A model generated the notes under the pieces. The model saw only the letters and a program-made list of their open reading frames with translations. It made no database searches and had not been told where the DNA came from. Of a stretch of DNA of 64,000 bases, positions 63,523 to 64,000 are shown piece by piece. How positions within the stretch are numbered: the stretch's first letter is position 1; each line of letters begins with the position of its first letter. A program made the translations under genes and the position numbers. Origin of the DNA: Candidatus Spongiisociaceae bacterium (GTDB taxonomy: Bacteria; Actinomycetota; Acidimicrobiia; Spongiisociales; Spongiisociaceae); contig CBDCOH010000002.1 in NCBI GenBank assembly GCA_965219685.1, forward strand, positions 4,326,482 to 4,390,481, written 5' to 3'.

Positions 63523-64000
63523 AACCCCCTGCTGTCAAATACCAGCGGGCCGAAGGACGCGAAGAAGCCATCGCCCTCTTGGGCGAGCATGGGGACGATG
63601 CCAAGCTTCTCGCCGGAGGCCAGAGTCTCATACCGTTGATGAGCTTCCGGCTCGCGCAACCCGGAGTCCTGATTGACCTGAACCCCGCCACAGACCTCGA
63701 CCATCTGGGCGAGGACAACGGTCACGTAGTGATCGGCGCCATGACCAGGCAGCGGACCGTTGAAACCAGCCGATCCATAGCCGACAACCTGCCGCTCCTC
63801 TCGGAAGCCCTCCGCTATGTCGGTCACGTCACCCTGCGGAATCGAGGAACGATCGGCGGGAGCATCGCCCACGCCGATCCGGCAGCAGAGATCCCTGTGG
63901 CCCTGCTTGCTCTCGACGGCGAGTTGGTGGTCGAAGGATCGAGCGGGACACGAGCGGTCAGCAGTCAGGACTTCTTCATCGGTCCGTTCACCACCGTTCT
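63519..64000 (+). CDS. FAD-binding (CoxM-like) subunit, partial
   Basis: Manual translation MKPPAVKY...LAGGQSLIPLMSFRLA...RNRGTIGGSIAHADPAAE; runs off the right edge. Confidence 0.9.
   Translation, partial: MKPPAVKYQRAEGREEAIALLGEHGDDAKLLAGGQSLIPLMSFRLAQPGVLIDLNPATDLDHLGEDNGHVVIGAMTRQRTVETSRSIADNLPLLSEALRYVGHVTLRNRGTIGGSIAHADPAAEIPVALLALDGELVVEGSSGTRAVSSQDFFIGPFTTV

Overview
High-GC actinobacterial chromosome segment. The many leaderless genes, the F420-dependent Ddn-like protein and the SigK/RskA/fasciclin module suggest Acidimicrobiia, but this is inference. A housekeeping backbone (rpiB, iscS-mnmA-ligA, dapC-dapD-dapE, glgA, gatCAB, pgpA, ilvE, gltX, tRNA-Glu/Gln/Glu) is interrupted by accessory DNA: three VapBC-type pairs, an AbiEi/AbiEii pair, broken HicAB/HigBA modules, an IS3-family element, a ClpP-fold protease cassette and an island after tRNA-Glu. 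Two catabolic clusters sit at the ends (hydantoinase A/B + GntR + amidohydrolases on the left; DUF917 + hydantoinase-like + molybdo-hydroxylase on the right). The most notable unexplained signals are: (1) a NYN nuclease gene paired with a divergent, structured ~70-nt RNA that has its own promoter, a candidate RNA-antitoxin system; (2) a family of CTAG-bounded miniature inverted-repeat elements with variable heptamer arrays, three copies; (3) a transposase-less 1.9-kb element with 14-bp inverted repeats and a 5-bp direct repeat next to tRNA-Glu; (4) a 6TM voltage-sensor channel with a non-canonical selectivity filter; (5) two genes that apparently need ACG or CTG start codons. All calls were made by eye from motifs; no database searches were run.
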